Shown in pieces: positions 9,951 through 21,844 of a DNA stretch of 64,000 bases. The notes below the pieces were generated by a model, which was not told the DNA's origin, ran no database searches, and worked only from the letters and a program-made list of their open reading frames with translations. How positions within the stretch are numbered: the stretch's first letter is position 1; every line of letters begins with the position of its first letter. The position numbers were made by a program, and so were the translations under genes. The stretch is from the NCBI RefSeq assembly GCF_026210795.1, contig NC_089430.1, positions 4,402,001-4,466,000 of the forward strand, in the 5' to 3' direction. This stretch comes from Rhizophagus irregularis. Taxonomy: Eukaryota.

Positions 9951-12900
9951 TTTCTTTGGTAGTAAGAGATTTGTTAATGTTGACTGGTATTTTATGACTT
10001 CATGTTTCCATTAATGATGGTAATGTTTCATGGTAGTTCTTGAGTTTTATAAATTAAAACATAATTTGTTAACTTTTGAATAGATCTTCAAAATCATTCA
10101 AAAAAATCATTGTTTGCTTGCTCAAATCATAATCATCTTGATAATTTTTTCGTCCCAAAGTATTATTTTCATTTTTTGATCTTCTTGTTAATTATAATCA
10201 TTTGATAGTTATCTTTAGATACTTAGATAATAATGTATATTTTTTTAGGTGCTCTTATTTAAAATTGAGGATATTAATAAGATTTCTGGTTAAAAAGGAT
10301 GATGTCTACTCATATTAACTTTTAGCATTATAAAAAAAAATTCAAAGAATAAAAAATTTTAATTACAAGAAAGAAATGTTTTGTATTGTTAAGCTGATTA
10401 AACTGATTTAGACTAATTTAGACCAATTAAATTAAAAAGTTTATTTATAAACTAATTATTAATTTATTATTATATTATATAAGCCAGTGGGCCCATTTAT
10501 GAAATTTGGCAAAAACTCCTGCTGCGCCCTTGGTTGACTCCTGTTAAATATTTATTTAATTTGACATGGACAAATTTTGGGGTATTTCATAAATCCGCCA
10601 TGATGCCCACTCCGGGGGATGAGGTACCATTGGGCAAGAAACATTTATAAACTGAATATAAGAATTTGAAACAGTTTCTAATAAATGTAAAAATTGGATA
10701 ATAATCATATTGTTAATATCAATATGGATCAAACTTCAATTGATCCCAATTTATAATGTAAATCATTTTTCCGACCTTTAACACATATGATAAAGAATTA
10801 TTTTCACATTCATTCGGAATTTGCTTATCAACCATTAGAACCAACTTGCAATCTCAAAAAAATTGACCTCTGGATAATTCTTATACCGTGTTTTATTAAA
10901 AATTAAAAATTTTGATCACTTTACCTTTCAATTATTCATTTCACCAGCAAGCTAACGTAATTATGTAAATGAATTAAACATTTATCAAATTGACGTAGAA
11001 TTAAATATTTTCATGTTAAATTAAATTAGCTGATAGGGCAAATAATTATAGCAAGTGTTTATAAAATTTATTTTTAAACGAATGCATGTAGTGCGCTTAA
11101 ATATTGACTTAAAAAAATTGATTTGCAGATTTACTGTACTGGATTCTCATAAAATGAAAAGAAATTCTATTTATTAATACATTAAAAAAAAATGATAAAA
11201 AGAGACTTTATTGGTCTATTATTAGCATTAATTTTTGCTAAATACGATTTAATTTATTATTTTTTCCTGTAATAGCATTGTGATGGCATTATAAAAGCAA
11301 TATAAATTTTTTAGTGAATAGTACCAATCTGCCGGGATAATCGAAAAACTACCATCAGCCAATTGTAGTCCTTTGATATGACCTAGTATGGGCTTATATT
11401 TTCAATATTATATGAAACATATATTTACTATACTTTTAATAGCCCGTAATATGGCTGATTTTTGCCAAATTTAGCATATTATAATGCTAACTAAAAAATG
11501 TGAGGTTTTTGCAAAGAAAAGGAAAAGAAAAAGGTGTTTTGGAAGAGAAAAGAGGAAATATGAAAAAAAGAAAGAACTAATTGTAAAAGATAAAAAAAAA
11601 TGAAAATTAAAAAAAGGGAAACCGAAAAAAATTTCCGATTAAAATTTCATTAACAAATTCAGAAAATCATATAAATGCGATCCATCTTATGATTGGTCAA
11701 TTGGCTATTTATTCACATGTTTTCGCTCTAAAAACAGAAAAAGGAAATTAATTATGGGTTCGAACCAAGAAAACCGGTGACCTTTATTAGTTTTACTTTT
11801 GGTTCTTTCTTTTTTTCATTTCTTTTCCTTTTTTTTTCTTTTTTTAAAAATTTTTCGTTTTTTTTTCCTCTTTCTTTTTTTTTCTCCATTTAGATTTTTT
11901 TTTTCCAAAACCGAAAATTATTTTTTTTTTTATCATTGAATAATCCTATTATTTTGGTCCTTTAAGACATTATTTGTTTTTTTTGATCTTTTTTTTTAGA
12001 CCGATTTCTTTCTTTATCTTTATTCTTTTCCCAAAATTTTTTTTTCTTTTTCTTTCTAATTTTTTTATTTTTTCTTTCCTTTTCCTTTTCGGTTTCTTTT
12101 TTCAACCCGATTTTTCTCTGTCCCTCTACAAAATTTTTTTTTCAGTTTTCTCGAATTCTTTAAACTATTTTCTTTTTTCAGGTTGGCTTTGGCTTTTTTT
12201 CCAATCTGAAAAAATTTTTCACCTTTTCTTTTTTCGGATTGGCTTTTTTTTTCAAGCTGAATTTGTTTCACCATTTAGGTTTGGATCGGGTGATCGCAGG
12301 CAACGGTAAGCACCTTTTTTTTTCGTTTTTTTTTTCTTATTGATAAATTTTTGATTTTTTTTACTAATACTTTTTACCCTTAATATTTTTTTTTTAACAA
12401 AGACTTTATTAGTACACATTGTAATCAAACCTTTTTTTCAACCCATTTTTTATATTTGTTTTTGTTAGACCAATTTTTTAAACAAATTTCTTAACCCATT
12501 TTTTTTTGGTATTTTTTTTTCGGTTTTTTTTTTAAACTGATTTTTTTTTAATTTGTTCCTTTTTTCTTTTAAAAACATAATTTTTTGGGTTTTTCGACTC
12601 ATCCTTTCCTTTTCGGGTTTGTTTTTTCTAAAACCAAAAATTATTTTTCAAATATTTTTAATTTTCCTTTAAAATATCTATACTATATTTTACACAAGGG
12701 CCGATAGTCATATTATATAGTTAATTGATCTGCCTCCGGTTCTTGGCGCAGATCGGGTTTAAATCACATGACTTTCAGGTTAGTATAATATGAATATTGG
12801 AAGAATTTCAGCAATCCGATATTTCTCTTAATCCTTAAGGTGTATAATGACTATATTCGCTACAGATTTTTTATTATTTATTTATTTATTTACACATATA

Positions 12901-13093
12901 CTATTATTTACTCATTTACTTATTTATTACATATATATATATTTATTTCATTATTATACAATACTTAAATTACATTCGTTATTCTGTTTATCTACATTAT
13001 AAGTGTATGTTGTTAATGGTTTGGAACATTGTTCCAGTTGGTTCGATTCCAACGAACAACTATTTTTGAAACTTCTCTGCCAATTTATCGATT

Positions 13094-14576
13094 CTAAAGA
13101 AATAAAATTAAACGTTAATAAGATGTTTCTAAAAGAAAAAAAAAGGTAAAATTTTGAAGTATATCTTCAAAACTTACCATCAAAGCAAATTCCAAAGACC
13201 CAAACCTAATCAAACAAAAAAGAATAAAAACGTTAGTCAAAAGTTTCCAAAAAAATAAAAGTTTGGATTATGAGACTCACCAGTTACACCGGTCCCAAAG
13301 AAATAAAATAAGAAAACGTTAATTATATTAAATGATTCCTAAAATAGAAAAAAAAAATGATTAAGTTTCGAAATTCGAAATTTACCACTCGTTATCAAAG
13401 AACAAACCTGGAATTCAGAATCTAAAAGAAAAAGGAAACGTTAATAAAACGTTTCCTCAAATAATTATTTATTAAGTTATAAGTTTTAAAACTTACCACC
13501 CTATTACCCAAGAACAAATCCAGAGTCCTAAAACTTGATCTATTGGCTCATTCTTCTCCATATCACCTAGAAGATTATTCGCGAATTCTTTTTTATCATT
13601 AACACCATCTCTTCTTTACTATAACCTTTTTCTTTATCGTATCCCCTTACTCCTTTACTTGAATTCATCAATAATCTCATTCATTACGATTGTAGGGTTC
13701 CTTGCTTCGCTAATTTATACTGAGACATCGTTCACTGTGATGGAAGAACGATTGATACGAGAAGAATGGCAGCGAGGTTCAAGGTGTGAATTCATATTAG
13801 AATGAAAAGATTTCATTATAATAAATTTTCAATACGTACTTATTTTTCTTTTATCAGCATCCTTACGTATCTACAAATGGGGAATTTGAACGTATGATAA
13901 AGTATTTCGGCTTATTGAAGAATAGATACCGAAGAGATGGATGGGAGGATAAGGGCTATACTAGTTATAACAAAAATCAACGATGTGTGATGACCTTCAT
14001 CATCGTTTAGGTTTATGGGAAGATGCAGTTGAAGGTTCAATTACGATTGAAGAAAAAATTGTTACGAGTTTCGTCGCTATCAACAACCATACGATCGGTT
14101 AAGTTTAAGTTATTACATAAACCATCCTTGCAATGTTTTTCACCTTCTATACCATTTTTTCTATCAGACTAGTGATGTCGATGTTACCCAAGAAAACTGG
14201 AATACTGAATCCTAGAAAATAAAAAGAAAACGTTAATATAACGTTCCCTCAAATAAAAATATATAAAAAACATTTCAAATTTTGGAAACTTACCCTCCTG
14301 AGCATCATTTCGTTGTTGACTTTATCTACTTCAGCCCATCTTGTTTGTGTAAACACAGTATTCTGAAATCTATTGCGTTCAAAAATCCTGGTTTCTAGAA
14401 AAAAAAAAAAGTTTAGTAGGTTAGTATACTATACCTTACAAAAAAGAATTTCAAAAAAAAAATAAATAAAGTCTACATACTCACGTTCCCAAGAATAAAC
14501 AAGACGGTCATATACACCTATTTGAAAACTTTTTCGAAAGCTTAGCCGGTCTAACGGTCCAAGAGAGTCCGGAAGC
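13094..14576 (-). other. Micro-exon gene or pseudogene with mutually similar introns
   Basis: Predicted introns at 13094-13177, 13206-13280, 13295-13385 (acceptor mutated), 13422-13496, 14212-14293 and 14395-14484. Most share GTRAGT...YTAACGTTT...TAG. Exons 14485-14575 and 14294-14394 splice into an open frame (...LVYSWE|QTRIFERNRFQ...). Confidence 0.55.
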
Positions 14577-14879
14577 TATAAACTATATGATATAATGTAT
14601 TTCAAGTTGTCAGAAAATTATTTTAAAGAAAAAAATACAGTAAAAAAGGGGTGTTTTAAATAAATAGCGATCCCGATCAATATACTGGACTAAACTATTA
14701 GGCATTGGGCGGGTGAAAAATCAAGCATGGATTGACAAAATGTTACACCGTGCCACTTGATATTCATCTGTCCGTGCTTGATATTTAATCTGGTACGTGC
14801 TTGATGGTTTTATCCTCTGTGCTTGATATTTTTGTCCGTCTGTGTTGATTTAATCCAACTGTACTCGATAATTTTATCT

Positions 14880-15850
14880 TTGTCAAAAATTAGTTTCTTT
14901 GTTAATTGGCTTTTTTTTATAAACAAATTTGTAGAGAATTTTTATTTTTAATAGGCAAAGGCTTTGTTTGATAGATTTTCTTTGGGAATTTTTTTAATAC
15001 AAAGATTTGTTTTGATAAAAAATTTTGTTAGAAAATTTTTTTCATTGATAGGGACATTTCTGAGTTTTTTTTTTGATGGATAATTTCGTTAAAAACTTTG
15101 ACAGGAATTTCATTAGAGAATTTTTTTTTTGTAGAAAATTATTTGAAGAATTTTTTTAATAGGGAAGATTTTTTTTTTTGATAGATAATTTCGTTAGAAA
15201 ATTTTTTTAACAAGTGAGATTTTTTTTTTTGATAGAGAATTTCGTTAGAATTTTTTTTTGATAGAAGGGAGTTTTTATTGACAAAAAATTTCTTTTTGGA
15301 ATTTTTTTTAGTAGGTGAAACCGTTAGTGAAACCGTTAAAGTATTTTTTGACGAAGAATTTTATTAGAGAATTTTTTATTAATAGGGGGATTTTTTTTGA
15401 TAGAGAATTTCATTAAAGAATTTTCTTTAATAGATTTCGCTGAGAAATTTTTTTTTTTTTTTTTTTTTTTGATAGAAATTTCATCATAGAATTTTTTTTT
15501 TAATAGGTAAGATTTTTTTTTTTTGATAGATCATTTCGTTAGTGTAAATTTTTTTAACAGGGGATATTTTTTTTTGATAGAGAATTTCGGTAAAGATTTT
15601 TTTTTTTAATAGGAGAGGAGTTTTTTTTTTGATATAGAAATTCTTTTAAGAATTTTTTTTAATAGGTGGTAAGAATCTTTGAATTTTTCTTTAATCGAGG
15701 ATATTTTTTGATTGAGAATTTCATTAGAGAATTGTTTGTTGAAAATTTTTTTTATTTTTTTGATGTTTAGAAATCTTAATAGAAAATTTTATTGAAAATG
15801 GTTTTTTTTAATAAGTGTATCGAGAATTTTGGCTTGAAATTTTTTTTTTT
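14880..15850 (+). repeat. Degenerate T-rich tandem array (GATAGAGAATTTCGTTAGAA-Tn units)
   Basis: More than ten recognisable degenerate copies separated by T-runs. Confidence 0.75.
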
Positions 15851-17560
15851 ATAAAAAATTGAAAATTTATTGGAAAATTTTTATTAAATTTTACAATTTT
15901 AATAAATTTTTACTCCTCTTCACCTTCCCATTACTTCTTTTCATATCCCATTACTCCTTTTTATCTCCCATCACTCCTCTTCATCTCCATCACTTTTTTT
16001 CATCTCTCATCATGTCCTATTTCTCCTTTTTGTTTCCTATCACTTCTCATTGCTCTTTCTTACTCCCTTTCATCTTCTATTACTTTCCATTACTCCATTG
16101 TTATTTCATTTTTTTATTAGCATCTTTCTCCTTTATCATTGTAATTTACTTATCTTTTTTATTTATTGTTATTGTTTCTTTTATTTGTACACTTCAATAA
16201 AAATAAATCTGGTGATTTTTTTCTTTAAAATCGTAAATGTGTGACTTAAATTTTAATATTTGCAAATAAATTTCATTAAATTATTTTGAATAAATATGTT
16301 TGCAAAAAAGAATATCTTTTGCAATAATAACCGATCAAAAATTAGATACATCATATGACATATTTGAAAAAAAACCCAGGCGATGAGTTGCCTAGGCGAC
16401 GTTTGGCAATCCCCAATTTTGTTCTTTTTAATTTATGAATATTATATGATTATATAATAAGAAATTTGTATAAAAATTTTTTATGAAATTAAAAAAATAT
16501 TAAAATTAAAAAAAATGCTAAAAATTAAAGTTAAAAATGGAATCAAAAAATACCAAAGAAAATTATTAAATAAAGAAAGATAAATTTTTTAAAAAAATAC
16601 CATAAAAATAAATTCTAGAAATCTGAAATTATTAAAATGAAACAAATAAAACAAAAAAAAAAATACTAAAGATTAATTTTTATTTTATTACTTTGTAGGC
16701 GAGCCAGCTTGAGCTTTTTTGAGCCGGCTTGTCAAGCATCAAGCCAATTTATTAAGTATGGCTCAGCTTACAAGCCGGCTCGGCTTATGCGGAGCTTAAT
16801 TTTACTATGCTATTTAGGACTCTATCATACTTTTTTTTAATTTATCTTAATCTTATTAATGTAATTTAATGCCAAAATTCTCGATACCCTTATTAAAAAA
16901 AACTATTTTCAATATAATTTTCTATTGAGACTTATAACAAAATTCTCCATCAAAAAAATAAAAAAACTTTTCAACCAACAATTCTCTCCTGGATTAATCA
17001 CAGAAATTCCATGGAATTTCACAGCGTTCGGTATTGCTGATTTTGAAGTCTAAATGCCGCAATTCCACCATTAATTTTTGAAAAATATAATTTTTAATTA
17101 AATATAATTTTTTAAATTTGTTATTAATGGAAAACAATTTTTTTTGTTATTACATAAAAAAAATCGCTCTTGTTCATTTTAGAAAAACTGAAAAAAAATG
17201 GATCAGCAGGTTAATTCACTTTCTAATTGAATTCTATACAATTAAGATTAAAGACATTTTTTTTTCTTTTTATAATGCAAAAAGTATTCTATTAGATATA
17301 ATAATAACATTCACCTTAGTTTATCATTTTAATGAGTCCATACATGCCTAACTCACAAAAAACAAAAATAGAATGTTAATAAATGTTAAAAAAACCAATT
17401 GAAAGTCATTACATATAAAAAAAAAATAACCTAAAAAACAATTTTTATAAAAATTTCAAAAAGTTAATCTGACGGATATCTGGTCAGATGATCCGTCATC
17501 CGTCATCTGATGGATGAAATCTGGAGATGATCCTCAGATCGTAACCTAATTTTATTATAG

Positions 17561-19300
17561 TTTATTGGTTGTATTGATGATTATAATAACCTTCGCGGTG
17601 CGGCGGGCTGTCAGTACGCGAATTCCATCTGCAACATCTATTTCACAAATATCACATATGGCGTCCATATTGTTTAATAATATTGAGACAATTTCTATCC
17701 CCTATACCTATATTTCTCTAAATAATACTTCTATACATAATCCTAATGGAGTTGATGATACTATTTTAAAGACAACACTTTGGGAGAATTATATGATTTC
17801 ATTTGCCATAGTTACAATTCATTTAAAACCACTTGGATTCAAATACAAGATATTACTGTGAACAAGCCGAGTCTTTTGGAATCATTGATAGTACACTCAT
17901 TACTCATATGATGCTGACCTTTTTGAAAGATATGGGCGCAAGTTCACTGAAATAAAGCTGGTTGATCTTGTTGAATTAAATCTTAAGAATACGAAAGACT
18001 ACCTACAAGCTGTGATTACCTGAAGTACAAGCATATTTTAATAATTACATTATTCCTATTCCTGCGGACTTCCCTGGAAAACTCTTTATTAGGAAAGCCA
18101 TTGTGAAAAAACTAGAATCAGATAATTCAAATATTCCAAAAGAAATTACTCGCTTGTTACCTTTTTTGGGACCTTTGCATCATACACTTAATACTAGACT
18201 TTCTTGATATTTTGAGGATTTTTTGATTTAATGTATAGGAGAGTATTTGGAATGAAAAAAAAGTTGGTAGAAAAATTATAGCCATAGAGAATCAATTTAC
18301 TGCTATATTTAACTCATGCAGGCTGGCAACTAGTTAAAAAATATGTAAAAGACCGTTTTAAATTATCAAAAAGTGTAGGATATTTAACATTTTTTGATCT
18401 TCTTGATAATTTAGTACCTTCTTCCTTGGATATTTATGCTACGTTTGTTTCGTAGAAAACATTTTGAAGAGTACATTTCTACAGCATTTCGTTTATGGAC
18501 TGTAATGAGAAGATTTAATCGACATAACTATGACAAAATCTCACTGGCATTTCTGTCGGATATTCATTACTGGAACATCCCTTTATTGATGTACTAAAGC
18601 AATTTAAATAAGTTTGATGAATATGTATTAGAAAATTTCCATAGCTTATTACGACGACATACCAATGCCAAAGTATCAACAGCTGGAGTGATGCTTTACT
18701 TTTGGATCATTTTTGGAATGATAATCTATTTACCACTTCTTTTGCGTCAAAACGTGATTATCTGTATAAAAAAAAGTTCTTGATAATCTAGTAAAAAAAC
18801 AGCTCTTTTTCTTCTAGATTATTTTGATGAAATATGGAAAAATAATGGCCAAGTAAAGAAAAAAATGGATGGTAAAGTTAATAAAAAAACCTACTACTAT
18901 TTTTCTTACGTAATAGAATCACGATTTTCTACCGGTATATTACCTATTGGATATCATTCAACAGTACTACCAAGTGATGAAAAGTTCTGTGTCACATTAA
19001 TTGTGCAAATTTTACAGATGAAAATGGAGAAGTATTAATTTGTGGCCATGCATATCATGAAGAATGCTGCCAAAAACTGGGTCTCCGATGTCACCATTAT
19101 TATTCTTACCTAGCTACTTCTATTGATGAATTAACACGGTCATATAACAATCAGTTGCACATGGATGAAGATATAAATGATGAATTTGATATAAAGATTG
19201 AAAACAATTTGAAGATTGTGAACTTGATAATGCAGAAACAATAAATATTCCTAAATGATAATGAATTAAGCGAAAAAATATTAGGTATATTCTGTAAATT
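17561..19300 (+). pseudogene. Heavily frameshifted transposase-like gene (DUF6589-like by recall) with a C-terminal Cys/His finger
   Basis: Collinear peptides in shifting frames: CIDDYNN, RIPSATSISQISHMASIL, IPADFPGKLFIRKAI, PFLGPLHHTLNTR, ENFHSLLRRHT and ICGHAYHEECCQKLGLRC. Confidence 0.55.
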
Positions 19301-19609
19301 TCGTAAAGTTTATTATTTAAATTTACACTAATAATTAAATAGCTTTTGCAGAAATCAGATCTAAATAATATGGAAGATACGTGCCGCATTAGATTTAAAT
19401 CATCCAATAATATATAATTATATAATTACGTAAGTAATAAAATTTCAAAAAATATTATTGCGAGTTAAAAGAAATTTGCGTTATCAAATTATGTGATAAA
19501 ATCAGTAATATTTTAAATGAGCGATATTAAATCTATTGGTAATGTAAGAGCCAATAGATGGATTTTTACCCATGCTGAAAAAACCATAACAATCAAAACA
19601 CGTATTATC

Positions 19610-21844
19610 AATGACAAAACGCCAATTAGTTTCAACTTGAACTGAGTTTGTAATGGGTGTAATGGGGCTGAACTATTGATACATGTGATATCACATATTT
19701 TGTTTACCACTGGTGTCACATCCTCCCGCGACGCGATATTTATTTTGATATTTTTAACGAGCACGTCAAAACTATTGAATCACGTGATAATAACATCAGT
19801 CCAATTTTGTATATATATACCATAGTATAATTTTTTTTCTCTTTCTAAATAAAATATTATTTTTTTCTTTTATTTCAGCGGTTTAGTTTTTCTTTCTTAG
19901 GTGAGGAATACCTGTCGCGTCTTCACTTAGAAATAGTTGAAATAAATAAAATATTATTTTTTTCTTTTATTTTAGCGACTTAGTTTTTCTTGGGCGAGGA
20001 ATACCTATCGCGTCTTCACTTAGAAATGAACAGGAAATAGTCGAAATAAATAAAATATTATTTTTTTTCTTCTATTTCAACGACTTAGTTTTTTTGGGTG
20101 AGAAATACCTATTATTTGTCGCGTCTTCACTTAGAAATGAACATGAAATAGTCGAAATAAAATAAAATATTATTTTTTTTTCTTTTATTTCAACGACAGT
20201 TTTTTTGGGTGAGAAATACCTATTATTTTGTCGAGTCTTCGCTTAGGTTTTTTTGGGTGAGGAATACCAATTATTTGTCGCGTCTTCACTAGAAATGAAC
20301 AGGAAATAGTCGAAATAAAATAAAATATTATTTCTTTTCTTTAATTTCAGCGACTTAATTTTTCTTGGGTGAGGAATACCACCTATTATTTGTCGAATCT
20401 TCGCTTAGTTTTTTGAGGTGAGGAATACCTATTATTTGTTGTGTCTTCACTTAGAAATGAACAGGAAATAGTCGAACTCTTTTGGAGTATGAACTGGTTG
20501 TTTACAACACCCACGACCTTCGTTTTCTGATGGTAACGCCCTCGTGTGTGCAACCCTCCTCCATTTGGCGAAGCTGGTTGGTAATGCCTTTCTGTGGGAG
20601 TATGAAACTGATTGTTTACAACATTCACGACGATTCGTTTACATTTGGTGACGCCCTCGTGTGTGCAACCCTTCTCCATTTAGCGAAGCTGGTTGGTAAC
20701 GCCTTTTCTTTGGGAGTATGAAACTGATTGTTTACAACATTCACGACGATTCGTTTACATTTGGTGGCGCCCTCGTGTGTGCAACCCTTCTCCATTTGGC
20801 GAAGCTGGTTGGTAACGCCTTTTCTTTGGGAGTATAGAACTGATTGTTTACAACATTCACGACGATTCGTTTACATTTGGTGACGCCCTCGTGTGTGCAA
20901 CCCTTCTCCATTTAGCGAAGCTGGTTGGTAAAGCCTTTTCTTTGGGAGTATGAAACTGATTGTTTACAACATTCACGACGATTCGTTTCCATTTGGCGAC
21001 GCCCTCGTGTGTGCAACCCTTCTCCATTTGGCGAAGCTGGTTGGTAACTTCAGACCTCAATGAATTGGTTTTACAACACCCACGACGATTCGTTTCCTGT
21101 TAGTAACGCCCTCGTGTGTGCAATCCTTCTCCATTTGGCGAAGCTGGTGGTTGGTAACTTCAGGCTTTGTTTGCCGCCGGTGGAGAAGTCGGTTGGTAAC
21201 TCAAAGTTTCTCATGGAATTGGTATTACAACACCCACGACGATTCGTTTCCTGTTAGTAACGCCCTCGTGTGTGCAACCCTTCTCCATTTGGCGAAGCTG
21301 GTTGGTAACTTCAGACCTCAATGAATTGGTTTTACAACACCCACGACGATTCGTTTCCTGTTAGTAACGCCCTCGTGTGTGCAATCCTTCTCCATTTAGC
21401 GAAGCTGATTGGTAACTTCAGGCTTTGTTTGCCGCCGGTGGAGAAGTCGGTTGGTAACTCAAGGTTTCTCATGGAATTGGTATTACAACACCCACGACGA
21501 TTCGTTTCCTGTTAGTAACGCCCTCGTGTGTGCAACCCTTCTCTTTTTGGAGAAGCTGGTTGGTAACTCCAGGCCTCCAACTTTCGCCGAATTAGTTTCT
21601 ATTTTCTGCTTTATACTAACGATTATTTATTATTTATATTAAGATACTAGGACTTTGGATTCTCTCTTACATCTACAAAATTCCGTCTATGAAAAATGTT
21701 TCTGATTGACCCATCAGGCTTGATTTTAGCCGATATGGTAAGTAAAATATATGACATGCTTTCAAGGGAGGGAGTACTACGGATCCTAGGCGAGTCCTGC
21801 GTCATATTATTTCACTGCTCTCCAAATGTTTCCGAAAAATTCTA
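19610..21844 (+). repeat. Array-bearing dispersed element, copy 2; array 20504-21567 with 9 cores
   Basis: Cores start at 20504, 20618, 20734, 20850, 20966, 21073, 21227, 21334 and 21485. Periods are 114, 116 x3, 107, 154, 107, 151. Confidence 0.95.

Larger units (their letters stand above)
3658..12469 (+). repeat. Segmental duplication, copy 1 (paralogous to 19566-25413)
   Basis: Collinear, highly similar sequence from TACC(T/C)ATGCTGA to CAACCCATTTTTT...TTAGA. Copy 2 lacks ~8565-11517 and 6665-7218. Confidence 0.9.
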
